A stretch of 64,000 nt of DNA from Nitrospina sp. (GCA_024648695.1 JACAVV010000032.1:1-64000); one strand, 5' to 3'. Positions 8,627 through 18,944 are shown, numbered from the stretch's first letter. A program made the numbers and translations. Notes: a model not told the origin generated them from the sequence alone.

Positions 8627-10738
8627 ATGTTTAAGCCAAAACAGTCACTCTTCTTACTATTTCTAATCTTTAATTTCGTTTCGCCGGCCATCGCTTCTCC
8701 GGAACAAGATCTGGGGGGAAGCGTGCAAGCCTCGGTTGATGGCAAAATCATCCATTTCCCCGTTTTGAAAACCGAAGTGGAAGTCAATATTCAAGGTGAT
8801 CTGGCGGATGTGAGCGTTATTCAAACTTTTCAGAATCCTGCACAAGTCCCGCTTCACGCCACCTACCTTTTTCCATTAAACAAGAACGCGGCGGTGCATG
8901 CCCTGACTATGGAAGTGGGTGAAGAAACGGTGTTTGCTGAAATCAAAAAAATTGAGGAGGCTAAAGCAACCTTCAAGCAGGCAAAGAAGAAAGGCAAGTC
9001 CGCCGCGCTATTGATCCAGCATCGTCCCAACATGTTCACTCAGGATATTGCAAACCTGATGCCCGGTTTGCCTGTCAAGGTAACTATCAGCTATGTGCAG
9101 ACCGTTCCAAAAATTGACGGCCAATATGAATTGGTGGTTCCGCTGATCGTCGGTCCGAGATATCAACCTGCCCGTTCGGGCAAGGCACCTCAAATCATCG
9201 ATGAAGAAAAATCTTTTGGTGTTCAGGCTAAACACAGCGACACGCCGTTTGGACAGTGGGAAATCGAGGCCCTGCCCAAATATCCCAAGGTCGCCGGACT
9301 GGACATCCCCAAAACGATTTCTAAAGAACGGGTTTCCATAAATATTGAAATCGTTTCCGGAACTCCTGTCGGGTTCGTCCACAGCGAAACCCACAACTTG
9401 AAAACCCTGGGTGGATTGAATTCGAAACGAATTCAGCTCACCGACGGAGAAGTGATAGACAACCGGGATTTTGTATTGCGATATTCCTTGACCGGACAAA
9501 AACCCCAAGCAGGATTTTTAATTCACAAACAGGCAGAAGAAGGCTATTTCAGCCTGTTGATCGAACCGCCGTCAACGCCCCAGCCGCAGGATATCACCCC
9601 TCGGGAAATGGTATTCGTGCTGGACACATCGGGTTCCATGAGTGGACTGCCTTTGGACGCCAGTAAAACATTCATGAGGCATGCTTTAAAACATTTGCGG
9701 CCTGATGATTATTTTCGAATCATTCGATTCAGCAATAATGCCAGGGAATACAGCAAATCCCCGTTAATCGCTTCGGCTCAAAATATTAAGTCGGGTTTGC
9801 AATACATCAAATTGCTTCATGCCAATGGCGGCACCGAAATTCCGTCTGCTATTCATCAGGCGTTTTCGGCCAATCCCGCTCCCGGCACCCTTCGAATGGT
9901 GGTTTTTCTTACCGACGGCTACATCGGCAACGAGTCGGAGGTGCTTCGGCTCATCGCAGATAAAATAGGGTCTGCGCGGACCTTTGCCTTCGGAATAGGC
10001 ACCTCCATTAACCGCTACCTGCTTTCGGAGATGGGGCGAATGGGCCACGGGTTCACACGATTTATCGATCCTACGGAACAGCCGGAGGAAGCAGCTATCC
10101 AGTTTTCCAATAAATTGGAATCTCCGGTACTCACCAACATTTCCATCGATTGGGACGATCTGAAAGTTAGCGATGTCACTCCAACGGTGATACCCGATCT
10201 GTTTGCGGGAGATTCCATTCGCATTCAGGGAAAATTCCTTGGGAGCGGAAACCATGTTCTTAAGGTGAATGGCATGGTCCGAAACCGCAAGGCGTCTCTA
10301 CCCATCAACATCAAATGGCCTGGGCAGGATACCGGGAAAGGAACAACATCCATTCCGCTTATTTGGGCTCGATCCCAAATTGCGGAGGCCATGCGGCAGA
10401 TCAATACGCCCGACCGGCTTAAGACAGGTGCTTTGCGAAATGATGATCTAAAAGCCAAAGTGGTCCGGCTTGGTTTAAAACACTCTTTAACCACACAATG
10501 GACTTCGTTTGTGGCCGTGTCTCAGCAGGTGGTCAATAAAGGTCTGCAAGCCGCAAAAAATTCCAACGTGCCACTACCGATGGTGAAGGGAATCACCAAA
10601 AATGCGTATCCCGAGGCGAACTCTAATACCGTGCAACAATTTACCGGTAGTTCCGTTCCGGAGCCCACGACCTGGGCGGCGCTACTTTTGATCGGTCTTG
10701 CAGGTTTCTCCGTCTTTCGGTTGAGAAAGGAAGCGTGA
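8627..10738 (+). CDS. Secreted VIT-domain plus von Willebrand factor A domain protein carrying a C-terminal PEP-CTERM sorting signal, 703 aa.
   Basis: It has an N-terminal signal peptide and a VIT-like N-terminal region. A vWA domain with the MIDAS block DTSGSM lies at about residue 330. The last 30 residues are VPEPTTWAALLLIGLAGFSVFRLRKEA, which reads as a PEP motif, a TM helix and a basic tail. Confidence 0.85.
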   Translation: MFKPKQSLFLLFLIFNFVSPAIASPEQDLGGSVQASVDGKIIHFPVLKTEVEVNIQGDLADVSVIQTFQNPAQVPLHATYLFPLNKNAAVHALTMEVGEETVFAEIKKIEEAKATFKQAKKKGKSAALLIQHRPNMFTQDIANLMPGLPVKVTISYVQTVPKIDGQYELVVPLIVGPRYQPARSGKAPQIIDEEKSFGVQAKHSDTPFGQWEIEALPKYPKVAGLDIPKTISKERVSINIEIVSGTPVGFVHSETHNLKTLGGLNSKRIQLTDGEVIDNRDFVLRYSLTGQKPQAGFLIHKQAEEGYFSLLIEPPSTPQPQDITPREMVFVLDTSGSMSGLPLDASKTFMRHALKHLRPDDYFRIIRFSNNAREYSKSPLIASAQNIKSGLQYIKLLHANGGTEIPSAIHQAFSANPAPGTLRMVVFLTDGYIGNESEVLRLIADKIGSARTFAFGIGTSINRYLLSEMGRMGHGFTRFIDPTEQPEEAAIQFSNKLESPVLTNISIDWDDLKVSDVTPTVIPDLFAGDSIRIQGKFLGSGNHVLKVNGMVRNRKASLPINIKWPGQDTGKGTTSIPLIWARSQIAEAMRQINTPDRLKTGALRNDDLKAKVVRLGLKHSLTTQWTSFVAVSQQVVNKGLQAAKNSNVPLPMVKGITKNAYPEANSNTVQQFTGSSVPEPTTWAALLLIGLAGFSVFRLRKEA

Positions 10739-10739
10739 G

Positions 10740-12284
10740 ATGACAAACTCTCTTCCTTCCATTCTTGGATGGGCCAGGTATTCATACCGTTGGAAACTAT
10801 TCGCAGGTATGATTCTCACCGTTGTTGCGGATTTTTTGTTTTTTGGTGAAACCATCGGGTGGACCCTGGCTCCTTTTCGGTTCTTGTTATTGCTCGTTTT
10901 GATCTTACATAATCCTGCTTCTTTAAAATATTGCACTGGAAAGCTTCTCTTTGTATTGCTAAGCGGATTGGTGGTTCAGTGGATTTATCATCCTCACTTA
11001 TTATCCATCGCGCTTTTTATTCCTGGAATGATTTGCATGACACTCGCAAATCATGAAGTTTCCAAATTAAAAGTATGGACTTGGATTCAGGTTTTATTCA
11101 AATTCGACTTTTTCGCCTGGCTGAGAGCTACCAATGATATTCGAATAAGCAGGAAACTGTATAAGCGTCGTCCTGAAAACCTGCAATGGATGTATCACCT
11201 AAAACCCTGGTTGCTACCCATTGGTTTGACCCTTATTTTTTCCGTACTGATAGGAAATGCAAATCCGATTGTCCTGAAATGGTTTTTGAAGATCGATTTG
11301 AATTGGCTGTTTGAGTTTTTATCCTTTGAAAGATTTTTGTTTTGGCTATTGGTCTGGATCGTTTGCTGGCCAATCATTCGCCCCCGGTTAAAATGGAGAG
11401 CAAAACCCATTCATAATTTCGAAGGCCCTGTTCCCTCATGGATATCTTTTCTTTTTTCCAAGGAATCTATCCTTCGGTCCCTGATATGCTTTAACATTTT
11501 ATTTTTGATACAAACTGTCCTTGACATCAGGTATCTATGGTGGGGGAGTCAGCTACCCACAGGCTTGACCTATGCCCAATATGCCCATCAAGGAGCGTAC
11601 CCGTTAATCGCCACAGCTCTCCTGGCAGGAATTTTTGTGATGATTGCCCTAAGGCCCGGAAGCGAAACGGAAACCCTACCGGTCATTCGCCGCCTGGTCT
11701 TTCTATGGATCGGCCAAAATATCCTGCTGGTGTTTTCTTCCATTTGGCGCATGCATCTGTACGTGGAAGAGTACTCGCTCACCTATTTGCGCTACGCGGC
11801 ATTGATCTGGATGGGGCTTGTAGCTATGGGATTGGGATGGATTGTGTGCCGGATCGTTTGGCGTAAATCAAACCTTTGGCTGGCCAATTCCAATGCGACC
11901 ACCCTTTTGGTTGTATTGTATATTTGCTCCTTTTCCGATACCGGTAGAATGATCGCCCAATACAATGTCGAGCACTGCTGGGAGGTGTCTCAAGAAGGGC
12001 AATACCTGGATATCGATTATCTTGAATCGATCGGTCCCGCATCGATTTCTGCACTGAAAAGGTATCGAGACCATGGCAAGTTGGCTCCCTACCGTAAGAA
12101 AAAAATACGAAAACTCGAAGCGCGGTTTAGTGGAACGCTAAGCAAGAATCTCGCAGATTGGCATTCCTGGACATTAAGGGACTATCAATTAAGAAAAACG
12201 TATATTGACGAAACCCTCAAGGTCCACTTACAAAATCAACTTGGCAAAGGATGGGCCCCGAAACCGCTTAAAGATTCGCCTTAA
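10740..12284 (+). CDS. Polytopic integral membrane protein of unknown function, 514 aa, translationally coupled to the PEP-CTERM gene.
   Basis: The ATG overlaps the preceding stop codon. The protein has at least 10 hydrophobic helices rich in W, F and L and no recognisable catalytic motif. It reads as a continuous ORF with codon usage consistent with its neighbours. Confidence 0.55.
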   Translation: MTNSLPSILGWARYSYRWKLFAGMILTVVADFLFFGETIGWTLAPFRFLLLLVLILHNPASLKYCTGKLLFVLLSGLVVQWIYHPHLLSIALFIPGMICMTLANHEVSKLKVWTWIQVLFKFDFFAWLRATNDIRISRKLYKRRPENLQWMYHLKPWLLPIGLTLIFSVLIGNANPIVLKWFLKIDLNWLFEFLSFERFLFWLLVWIVCWPIIRPRLKWRAKPIHNFEGPVPSWISFLFSKESILRSLICFNILFLIQTVLDIRYLWWGSQLPTGLTYAQYAHQGAYPLIATALLAGIFVMIALRPGSETETLPVIRRLVFLWIGQNILLVFSSIWRMHLYVEEYSLTYLRYAALIWMGLVAMGLGWIVCRIVWRKSNLWLANSNATTLLVVLYICSFSDTGRMIAQYNVEHCWEVSQEGQYLDIDYLESIGPASISALKRYRDHGKLAPYRKKKIRKLEARFSGTLSKNLADWHSWTLRDYQLRKTYIDETLKVHLQNQLGKGWAPKPLKDSP

Positions 12285-12352
12285 TGCCAGATAATGCGAT
12301 ATTATTTAATGGCTGAATATTTAAAGTTTTCATTTATCAAATGGATATGTAA

Positions 12353-13048
12353 ATGGGAAAGCATATTTTAGTCGTCGATGACGATCCGCATATACGCGAC
12401 GTCATCGTCTTCGCTCTTGAGCAATCCGGAATGGAACCGGTGGAAGCGAAAGATGGCGACGAAGCGATTCGTCTGTTTGAGAAACATTCGCCGGACCTCA
12501 TCGTTTTGGATATCAACATGCCGGAACTGGACGGTATGGCTGTGTGCAAGAAAATTCGCAAGGCATCGGAGGTCCCCATCCTTTTCCTTTCTTCAAGGGA
12601 CGAGGAAATTGATCGGATCGTCGGTCTTGAAATTGGTGGCGACGATTATGTATCGAAACCTTTCAGCCCGCGCGAACTGGTGGCCCGGGTTCATGCTATT
12701 TTAAAACGCGTGAACGGTCCCCAAAACACTCCATGCGATTCCCCATCATTTTTAGAACGAGGCCAATTGCGAATGGATTTGGAAAAGCATCAATGCACCT
12801 GGAGCAACCAGCTTCTGGAAATAACGGCACGCGAATTCGCTATTCTGGAAGCCTTTTTAAAATTTCCGGAAAAAGCGTTTCGACGGGACGACTTGCTGGA
12901 CACCGCTTACGAACCCAATTCCTTTGTAAGCGACAGAACCATCGACAGCCACATCCGCCACATCCGCCAAAAACTGGCAAAGTCCGGTTGCGAATCGGTA
13001 ATTGAAACCGTCCGTGGTGTGGGATACCGGTTAGGATCATGCCAGTAA
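12353..13048 (+). CDS. OmpR/PhoB-family response regulator (receiver domain plus winged-helix domain).
   Basis: It has the receiver motif block (VVDDDPHIRD ... DLIVLDINMPELDG ... K) and a C-terminal winged-helix trans_reg_C region (RTIDSHIRHIRQKL). Confidence 0.9.
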   Translation: MGKHILVVDDDPHIRDVIVFALEQSGMEPVEAKDGDEAIRLFEKHSPDLIVLDINMPELDGMAVCKKIRKASEVPILFLSSRDEEIDRIVGLEIGGDDYVSKPFSPRELVARVHAILKRVNGPQNTPCDSPSFLERGQLRMDLEKHQCTWSNQLLEITAREFAILEAFLKFPEKAFRRDDLLDTAYEPNSFVSDRTIDSHIRHIRQKLAKSGCESVIETVRGVGYRLGSCQ

Positions 13049-14640
13049 ACACTAAGCCCAAAATCCGTTTTCGCCTGCGAACGATTTTAATCGTGGTCAA
13101 TCTGACAGTTTTGCTATTGCCTCTGGGCGGGTTTTTCTTTTTCCGGGTTTATGAAAACGAGCTCGTCCGGCAAACCGAAATGGAACTCATTTCCCAGTGC
13201 GCGGTCATTGCTTCGATTTATAAAGACGAAATGAATCAACTCCTGGGATCCAGGTCGGAATATGGCAAGCCCTTAGGAAACATTTCGATTCACAAGGTCG
13301 ATTCCTATTATACGCCCATTTTGCCACAGCTTGATTTGTCCAGAGGTGATCCCATGCCACCCCGACCCAATGGGAGACAACCAGTTCATCCTGCAGATGA
13401 CCTTGCGATTCAAGCTGGGCAGATCGTTTCTCCGGTTATGAAGGAGGCCCAAAAGACCACACTTTCGGGTATGAAGCTTCTGGATTCCGGGGGAGTGACC
13501 ATAGCGGGCCAAACGGAACTGGGATTGTCTTTTGCCCATGTGGAAGAGGTGAAAGAGGCCTTACAAGGCCGGTATACCAGCGTGATCCGGCAACGGATTT
13601 CAGACGAACCGACTCCTCCCCTGGCTTCTATTAGCCGGGGCACTTTAATCCGAGTGTTTGTCGCCTTTCCCATCCTTCATCAAAAAAGATTGTGGGGAGT
13701 GGTTTATTTATCCCGCACTCCAAAGAATATTCTGAAATATTTATACGATGAGAAGGACAAGGTATTTTTAGCCGTCTCGGTAGCGATGGTGCTGGCTCTT
13801 ATGCTGGTCTTGTTCACTTCGCAAACGATATCCCGTCCGATACACCAGCTCATCGGCCGTACCCGGCAAGTGGCGGCAGGTAACCCATCAGCCATGCAAC
13901 CCTTGGAATCGCCCATCACGCAGGAGATAGAATGGTTGTCCAAAAGTTTTTCAGAAATGGCGTTGACCCTTCACGACCGCTCCCAATACCTGCAAGAATT
14001 CGCATCGCACGTTTCGCACGAGTTCAAGACGCCGCTAACCTCCATACAGGGCGCCGCAGAATTATTGCTGGAACATATTGATGAGATGCCGAAAGAAAAG
14101 CAAAACCACTTTCTGGGAAATATCATCAATGACACCAACCGCTTGAAACGGCTGGTGGCCAAGCTCCTTGAATTAGCCAAGGCGGATAACCTCACGCCCA
14201 GTGCGGAGACAACATCGACAGATTTAGTGTTTCAAACTTTGAAAGAAACATTCAAAAACCGAAACCTCAGTATTCACCTTATTTCTGAAAACGATTTTGA
14301 GGTTGAGATTTCTTCTGAATTATTCGAAACCATTTTGACCAACTTGTTGAACAACAGTGAAGAGCACGGTGCGTCCAGTGTCGAGATTTCACTAGCCAGG
14401 GAGAACCAGGAGTTGATCCTCATCTTCTGCGATGATGGAGAGGGAATATCCGAGGCGAATCGGAAAAAGATTTTCACTCCGTTTTTCACCACCAAGCGTG
14501 ATGAAGGTGGCACCGGACTGGGTTTACGAATTGTAAAGACAATACTGAAAGCGCATAAAGGCGAGATTCGTTTATTAGACAGTGACCGAGGTGCATGCTT
14601 GATGGTAACCCTTCCTCTGGCATTACCTCAACCTGATTGA
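13039..14640 (+). CDS. Sensor histidine kinase (HisKA plus HATPase_c) with an N-terminal TM segment and a periplasmic sensor region.
   Basis: It has the H-box HEFKTPLTSI, an N-box and the G-boxes (GGTGLGLRIVK). It overlaps the response-regulator gene by 10 bp, so the two form an operon. Confidence 0.9.
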   Translation: MPVNTKPKIRFRLRTILIVVNLTVLLLPLGGFFFFRVYENELVRQTEMELISQCAVIASIYKDEMNQLLGSRSEYGKPLGNISIHKVDSYYTPILPQLDLSRGDPMPPRPNGRQPVHPADDLAIQAGQIVSPVMKEAQKTTLSGMKLLDSGGVTIAGQTELGLSFAHVEEVKEALQGRYTSVIRQRISDEPTPPLASISRGTLIRVFVAFPILHQKRLWGVVYLSRTPKNILKYLYDEKDKVFLAVSVAMVLALMLVLFTSQTISRPIHQLIGRTRQVAAGNPSAMQPLESPITQEIEWLSKSFSEMALTLHDRSQYLQEFASHVSHEFKTPLTSIQGAAELLLEHIDEMPKEKQNHFLGNIINDTNRLKRLVAKLLELAKADNLTPSAETTSTDLVFQTLKETFKNRNLSIHLISENDFEVEISSELFETILTNLLNNSEEHGASSVEISLARENQELILIFCDDGEGISEANRKKIFTPFFTTKRDEGGTGLGLRIVKTILKAHKGEIRLLDSDRGACLMVTLPLALPQPD

Positions 14641-14723
14641 ACTCAAAATCCTTTTTGCAATTCAACCCATTTTGGTTATGTTACCCTTGAGTTTTTTTAT
14701 TTTTTCATAATACAAAGGAAACC

Positions 14724-16013
14724 ATGGAAGACGGTATTTATCGGTTATTGTCATTTGCAGGTTTTTTTGGAATTCTTACTCTCGCATGGGTAGCCGGGAA
14801 TCGAGGGAAGATAAACCGGAAAACGGTCCTTGGAAGCTTGGCTTTGATCTGGATTCTGGGCGGCCTGACCTTTTGGGTTCCCTGGTCGCGGCAGGTGCTG
14901 GAATGGATCAATAACGCATTGGTCGCAACGTTGACGGCCTCGCAAAAGGGAACGGTTTTCCTGTTTGGCCCACTTGCCATCGGTCCCGGTCAGACCCTTC
15001 CTGACGGTACCCAATCAGTGGGATTCGTTTTGGCCATGCAGGTGCTTCCGGCAGTAATCTTCTTTTCTGCGTTGGTTTCAGCGCTCTACTATTTAAATAT
15101 CATGCCCGCCATCGTTCGGGCGTTTGCCAAATTGTTTTACCGCAGTATGGGACTTTCAGGAGCGGAATCTTTATCCGCTTCTGCGAATATTTTTGTCGGC
15201 ATTGAATCGAGCCTCACCGTGCGGCCCTGGTTGAAGCAAATGACCCGGTCGGAACTGTTGACTTTGATGACTTGCATGATGGCCACTGTTGCCAGCACGG
15301 TCATGGCGGTGTATGTCATCGCTCTCATAAAAGTGTTCCCGCAAATTGCAGGACATTTGGTCTCGGCCTCCGTAATCTCCATTCCCTGCGCGGTTTTGGT
15401 GAGCAAGCTTTCGTTACCCGAAAGTGGTAAGCCGGAAACCCTTGGAGAAGTTCCTGACAGTAACGAAACAGGTAATTCGCAATCGGGAAAGCCATCCAAT
15501 TTGATGGTAGCCATGGTCGAAGGAGGCGAACAGGGTCTCAAGATGGCGGTTGGGATCGCGACGCTTTTAATCGTGGTTCTCGGAATGGAAGCGTTGATAG
15601 ACTTGCTGTTGGGCATGTTCCCTGCTTTCCAGAGCGAACCCCTTTCCGTTTCCCGCCTTCTCGGTTGGTTGACGTGGCCCTTCGTGGTGCTTCTTGGATT
15701 ACGGCCGGAGGAATGGCAATTGGGGGCGGAAATTTTGGGATCGCGTTTTGTTGAAACCGAAGTGACCGCATATTTCAGTCTCGGCGCGGCACAATCTACC
15801 AACCCTCCAGCCTTTTCTCCACGGTCGTTCACGACGCTGACTTATGCCTTGTGCGGATTTGTTCATATTGCGAGTTTGGGCATATTCATAGGTGGGCTGG
15901 CGGCTTTGATCCCTGAAAGGGTCCGGGAACTATCCCTATTGGGACTGCGCGGACTTTGGTTGGCATTTTTAGCTACCTTGTTGACAGGTTGTGTCGCAGG
16001 AGTTTTATCTTGA
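14724..16013 (+). CDS. nupC: Concentrative nucleoside transporter (CNT/NupC family).
   Basis: It aligns along the core with E. coli NupC (..ESLSASANIFVGIESSLTVRPWL..MTRSELLTLMT..). It has about 10 TM helices and 429 aa. Confidence 0.75.
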   Translation: MEDGIYRLLSFAGFFGILTLAWVAGNRGKINRKTVLGSLALIWILGGLTFWVPWSRQVLEWINNALVATLTASQKGTVFLFGPLAIGPGQTLPDGTQSVGFVLAMQVLPAVIFFSALVSALYYLNIMPAIVRAFAKLFYRSMGLSGAESLSASANIFVGIESSLTVRPWLKQMTRSELLTLMTCMMATVASTVMAVYVIALIKVFPQIAGHLVSASVISIPCAVLVSKLSLPESGKPETLGEVPDSNETGNSQSGKPSNLMVAMVEGGEQGLKMAVGIATLLIVVLGMEALIDLLLGMFPAFQSEPLSVSRLLGWLTWPFVVLLGLRPEEWQLGAEILGSRFVETEVTAYFSLGAAQSTNPPAFSPRSFTTLTYALCGFVHIASLGIFIGGLAALIPERVRELSLLGLRGLWLAFLATLLTGCVAGVLS

Positions 16014-16032
16014 AAGGAGAATTTTATTTCCA

Positions 16033-16536
16033 ATGAAAATTGTATTAGCTTCTACCAGTCCATTAAAAATTGAAGCCTGCCGAAAAGCTTTCGCAAAACA
16101 GGCGGATCTGGATTTATTGCCGTTAGCAGTGGATTCGGAAATTCCCCAACAACCGCTTGATGAGGAAACCCGTAAAGGGGCTCTGAACAGAATTCGCAAC
16201 GCGAAAACCTGTTTTCCAAATGCGGATGTCTACGTGAGTATGGAAAATGGCCTGTTTCAGGAAACCCAAAACTGGTTCGACCGAGCGGTTATCGCTGTGG
16301 CCGTTAAAGATGAAACCCCTGTTTTCGTTGAAAGCAAGAGTGTGGAGTTTCCTTATTATTGTGTTGAAGAAGCACGGAAACGCGGATTCTATTCCTGTAC
16401 GGTGGGAAAGGTGATGGAAGAACAGGGTTTGGTAAACCATTACAATGACCCCCATCTGGATTTGTGTGGTATTTCGCGAGTCGACCTGTTATCAGCGGCC
16501 TTAACCAGGGCACTTTCGAGTGCAGGCATCATTTAA
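16033..16536 (+). CDS. yjjX: Non-canonical purine NTP phosphatase (inosine/xanthosine triphosphatase, YjjX family). The start is the ATG at 16033, preceded by the RBS AGGAGA.
   Basis: The N-terminus MKIVLASTSPLKIEA.. and the blocks SEIPQQPL..EETRKGALNR match E. coli YjjX. It is adjacent to the nucleoside transporter. Confidence 0.75.
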   Translation: MKIVLASTSPLKIEACRKAFAKQADLDLLPLAVDSEIPQQPLDEETRKGALNRIRNAKTCFPNADVYVSMENGLFQETQNWFDRAVIAVAVKDETPVFVESKSVEFPYYCVEEARKRGFYSCTVGKVMEEQGLVNHYNDPHLDLCGISRVDLLSAALTRALSSAGII

Positions 16537-17669
16537 CGAGCCGATAAAAACCTGTCGATCTGGTCGAAAAAGCCTGCGATATCTTCTTCATTATTATAAA
16601 AGTGGGGAGACAACCGAACGCGGTCTTTGCGGACGGTGAGTGTTGTGCCGTTCGATCTCATGAAATTGGCAAATGCGTTGTAGTCCCCATCTAAAGCGAA
16701 CGCCACAATGCCAGATCGTTCTTCCTCAACCGTGGAACTGATGATTTTCAAACCCCGCTCACTCAGTCCATCGATAATAAGGTTTCCCAATTCCAAAACC
16801 CGCTGTTGAATTGCGGGAACTCCGATTTCATGAAACAGCGACAAAGCCGCGCCAAAGGCGTGGATGCTCAAAACGTTGAAACTGCCTTCTTCGAATCGCC
16901 GGGCATTGGGACGAAAGGTTAAATCATAAGTCGTGTAATCGGACGCGTTGACGACGCTGTCCCAACCCACCACTGCCGGGTAAAGTCGATCCAGTTTGTC
17001 CCTGGAAACGTAAAAACCACCCAGGCCTTCGATGCTCATCATCCATTTATGTCCATCTGCCGCGAGAAAATCGATATGATGGGCCTTGACGTCCATAGGC
17101 AGAACGCCCAGACTTTGAATGGCATCGACACAGAACAGAATGTTTTTCTGTTTACAAAACGCGCCAATCCGGGCGAGATCGTTGCGAAAGCCGGAATTGA
17201 ATTCAACCGAGCTGATGGATATGAGGCGGGTGCGATCATTCACCTGTTTAACGATTTCATCGAAAAGCACTCGGCCATCTACGGTGGGCACCAAGCGTGT
17301 TTCCACTCCCAGCCGCTTCAGGTTGAGCCAGGGATACACGTTGGCGGGGAATTCAATATTGGGAATCACCACATTGTCGCCCGCTTGCCAGTCAATGCCA
17401 TTGGCAACGATGGAGAGTCCTTCAGAGGTGTTTTTAACGAAGGCAATTTCATCCGCTTCAGCACCGATCAATTGAGCAAAACTTTTTCGTACCTGTTCCG
17501 CTTCAGCCATCCATTCATCGTAGTTAGCAGTCCCTCGGTAGGAAGCATCTTCGGCAAAGCTATGGATACGCTTCATCACCCTTTGCGAGATCGGCCCTAC
17601 GCGGGCATGATCGAAAAATATACGATCTTGGGTCACAGGAAACTCTTCGCGCCACACGTCCCAATTCAT
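16533..17669 (-). CDS. Aminotransferase class V-fold PLP-dependent enzyme (cysteine desulfurase / selenocysteine lyase-like).
   Basis: It has the class-V aminotransferase topology and a conserved ADGHKW lysine block (PLP-binding Lys). It is 378 aa. Confidence 0.75.
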   Translation of the reverse strand: MNWDVWREEFPVTQDRIFFDHARVGPISQRVMKRIHSFAEDASYRGTANYDEWMAEAEQVRKSFAQLIGAEADEIAFVKNTSEGLSIVANGIDWQAGDNVVIPNIEFPANVYPWLNLKRLGVETRLVPTVDGRVLFDEIVKQVNDRTRLISISSVEFNSGFRNDLARIGAFCKQKNILFCVDAIQSLGVLPMDVKAHHIDFLAADGHKWMMSIEGLGGFYVSRDKLDRLYPAVVGWDSVVNASDYTTYDLTFRPNARRFEEGSFNVLSIHAFGAALSLFHEIGVPAIQQRVLELGNLIIDGLSERGLKIISSTVEEERSGIVAFALDGDYNAFANFMRSNGTTLTVRKDRVRLSPHFYNNEEDIAGFFDQIDRFLSAR

Positions 17670-17798
17670 TTAATGTCCATTCATTGCTATCAAGAATTCA
17701 AACATAGTTAAATTTAAAAACTTTCACCACAATTATTTGCCAGAGTTTACATTCCAATTATTTAAGATTGGCGTCAAATTTATTATTTGAACTTAGAT

Positions 17799-18944
17799 TT
17801 ATACATTAGAGATCGATTCTTCTTTCTTAAACAGGAGAGATTTATACAATTCTTTCCAGACTTGTTTGAGGCGGGGCTTGTTTTCTTCAGGAAAAGGGAG
17901 AGGACGGCACAGGTCCATGGTCAGCAATCCGATTTTCGCGGTTAATAGAGCCTTAACAAGACCCTGGCCAAAATTGGTCGAAAATTTTGCGAGTACCGAT
18001 CCGCCTAGCAATTCGGGCAACGATTCGGTAACGGTGTCGGTGACTTCTGCAATGGCCAAATGACCCAATACTCTTTTCACCAAAAACAGGGTTCCACTGA
18101 AACCGGGTCGACCGCCGTAAAGCTCGGCGATGGACTGGATCTGTTTGAGATTGGCACGCAGAAAAACGATGCTGTCCCAAAAGGGAATGGGACTGAACAT
18201 GCCCAGCAACAAGCTTTGGTTGGAATGCTTCAACACCTTCCGGTAGGCGCGCCGGTTGATGGATTCCAGAATCTGTTTTTCGAAAAGAGCCGTCAAATCC
18301 TCTGGGCGGGTCTGGATTTCTTTTTGAGAATGATAGGTTTCGAGCGCGTATTTAAACTCCGGACGGCTCGAATAATGGCGAGCAATTTTGTCAAGCAGAG
18401 GATCCAGTGAATACACATCGCCAGACTTTAATGCGCGTTCACTCTCCAGGCGAAAATGAGAAATGTCCTTAAGCCGCCTATATTGTCGGTATTCTCTCCG
18501 AACCACAGGCCACAGGGAAACCGTAACTGCGGCGATCAAACCAATATAAGCCCATCCTAATGTCGAACTTGTGGCAGTTTTGGAAGCGAGAAATTGGGCC
18601 ATTTCCAGGATTACGATCACTCCCAAAAAAACAAGCGGCCAAATTAAAGAAGTGAGATTTAAAGAAGGGAGCTCCGCCACTGAAAGGGTTTGTGTGTTCT
18701 GGGACCCGTTTAACTGGCCTGATGATGGATCTTCCTCTACCCGCTCCATCAAGGCCTGCAAATCCTCCGGCCTTTCAACGCTTTGATAGAATGGACGCGG
18801 GGCCTCATCCACTGATGGGGCGGAGGATGGCAAGGTTTCGGAATGTTCTTTAAAGAAAGGCGATACAGTCGCGTGACCGTTCTTGTTAACTTTGTCAGAT
18901 GCTTTTTTCTCGGGATCAGGGGGGTGGGCTTGAAAGGTATTCAT
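17799..18944 (-). CDS. ycjF: YcjF-family membrane protein (UPF0283/DUF697).
   Basis: Its central TM helices and the C-terminal conserved blocks (..AELYGGRPG..LCRPLPF..ENKPRL..) align with E. coli YcjF. It overlaps ycjX by 4 bp. Confidence 0.75.
   Translation of the reverse strand: MNTFQAHPPDPEKKASDKVNKNGHATVSPFFKEHSETLPSSAPSVDEAPRPFYQSVERPEDLQALMERVEEDPSSGQLNGSQNTQTLSVAELPSLNLTSLIWPLVFLGVIVILEMAQFLASKTATSSTLGWAYIGLIAAVTVSLWPVVRREYRQYRRLKDISHFRLESERALKSGDVYSLDPLLDKIARHYSSRPEFKYALETYHSQKEIQTRPEDLTALFEKQILESINRRAYRKVLKHSNQSLLLGMFSPIPFWDSIVFLRANLKQIQSIAELYGGRPGFSGTLFLVKRVLGHLAIAEVTDTVTESLPELLGGSVLAKFSTNFGQGLVKALLTAKIGLLTMDLCRPLPFPEENKPRLKQVWKELYKSLLFKKEESISNV

Noticed and set aside
14643-14710. 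ACTCAA...TTGAGT inverted repeat followed by T-runs after the histidine kinase gene
   Set aside because: The loop would be about 40 nt. The T-rich tract alone may aid termination, but a canonical hairpin is not supported.
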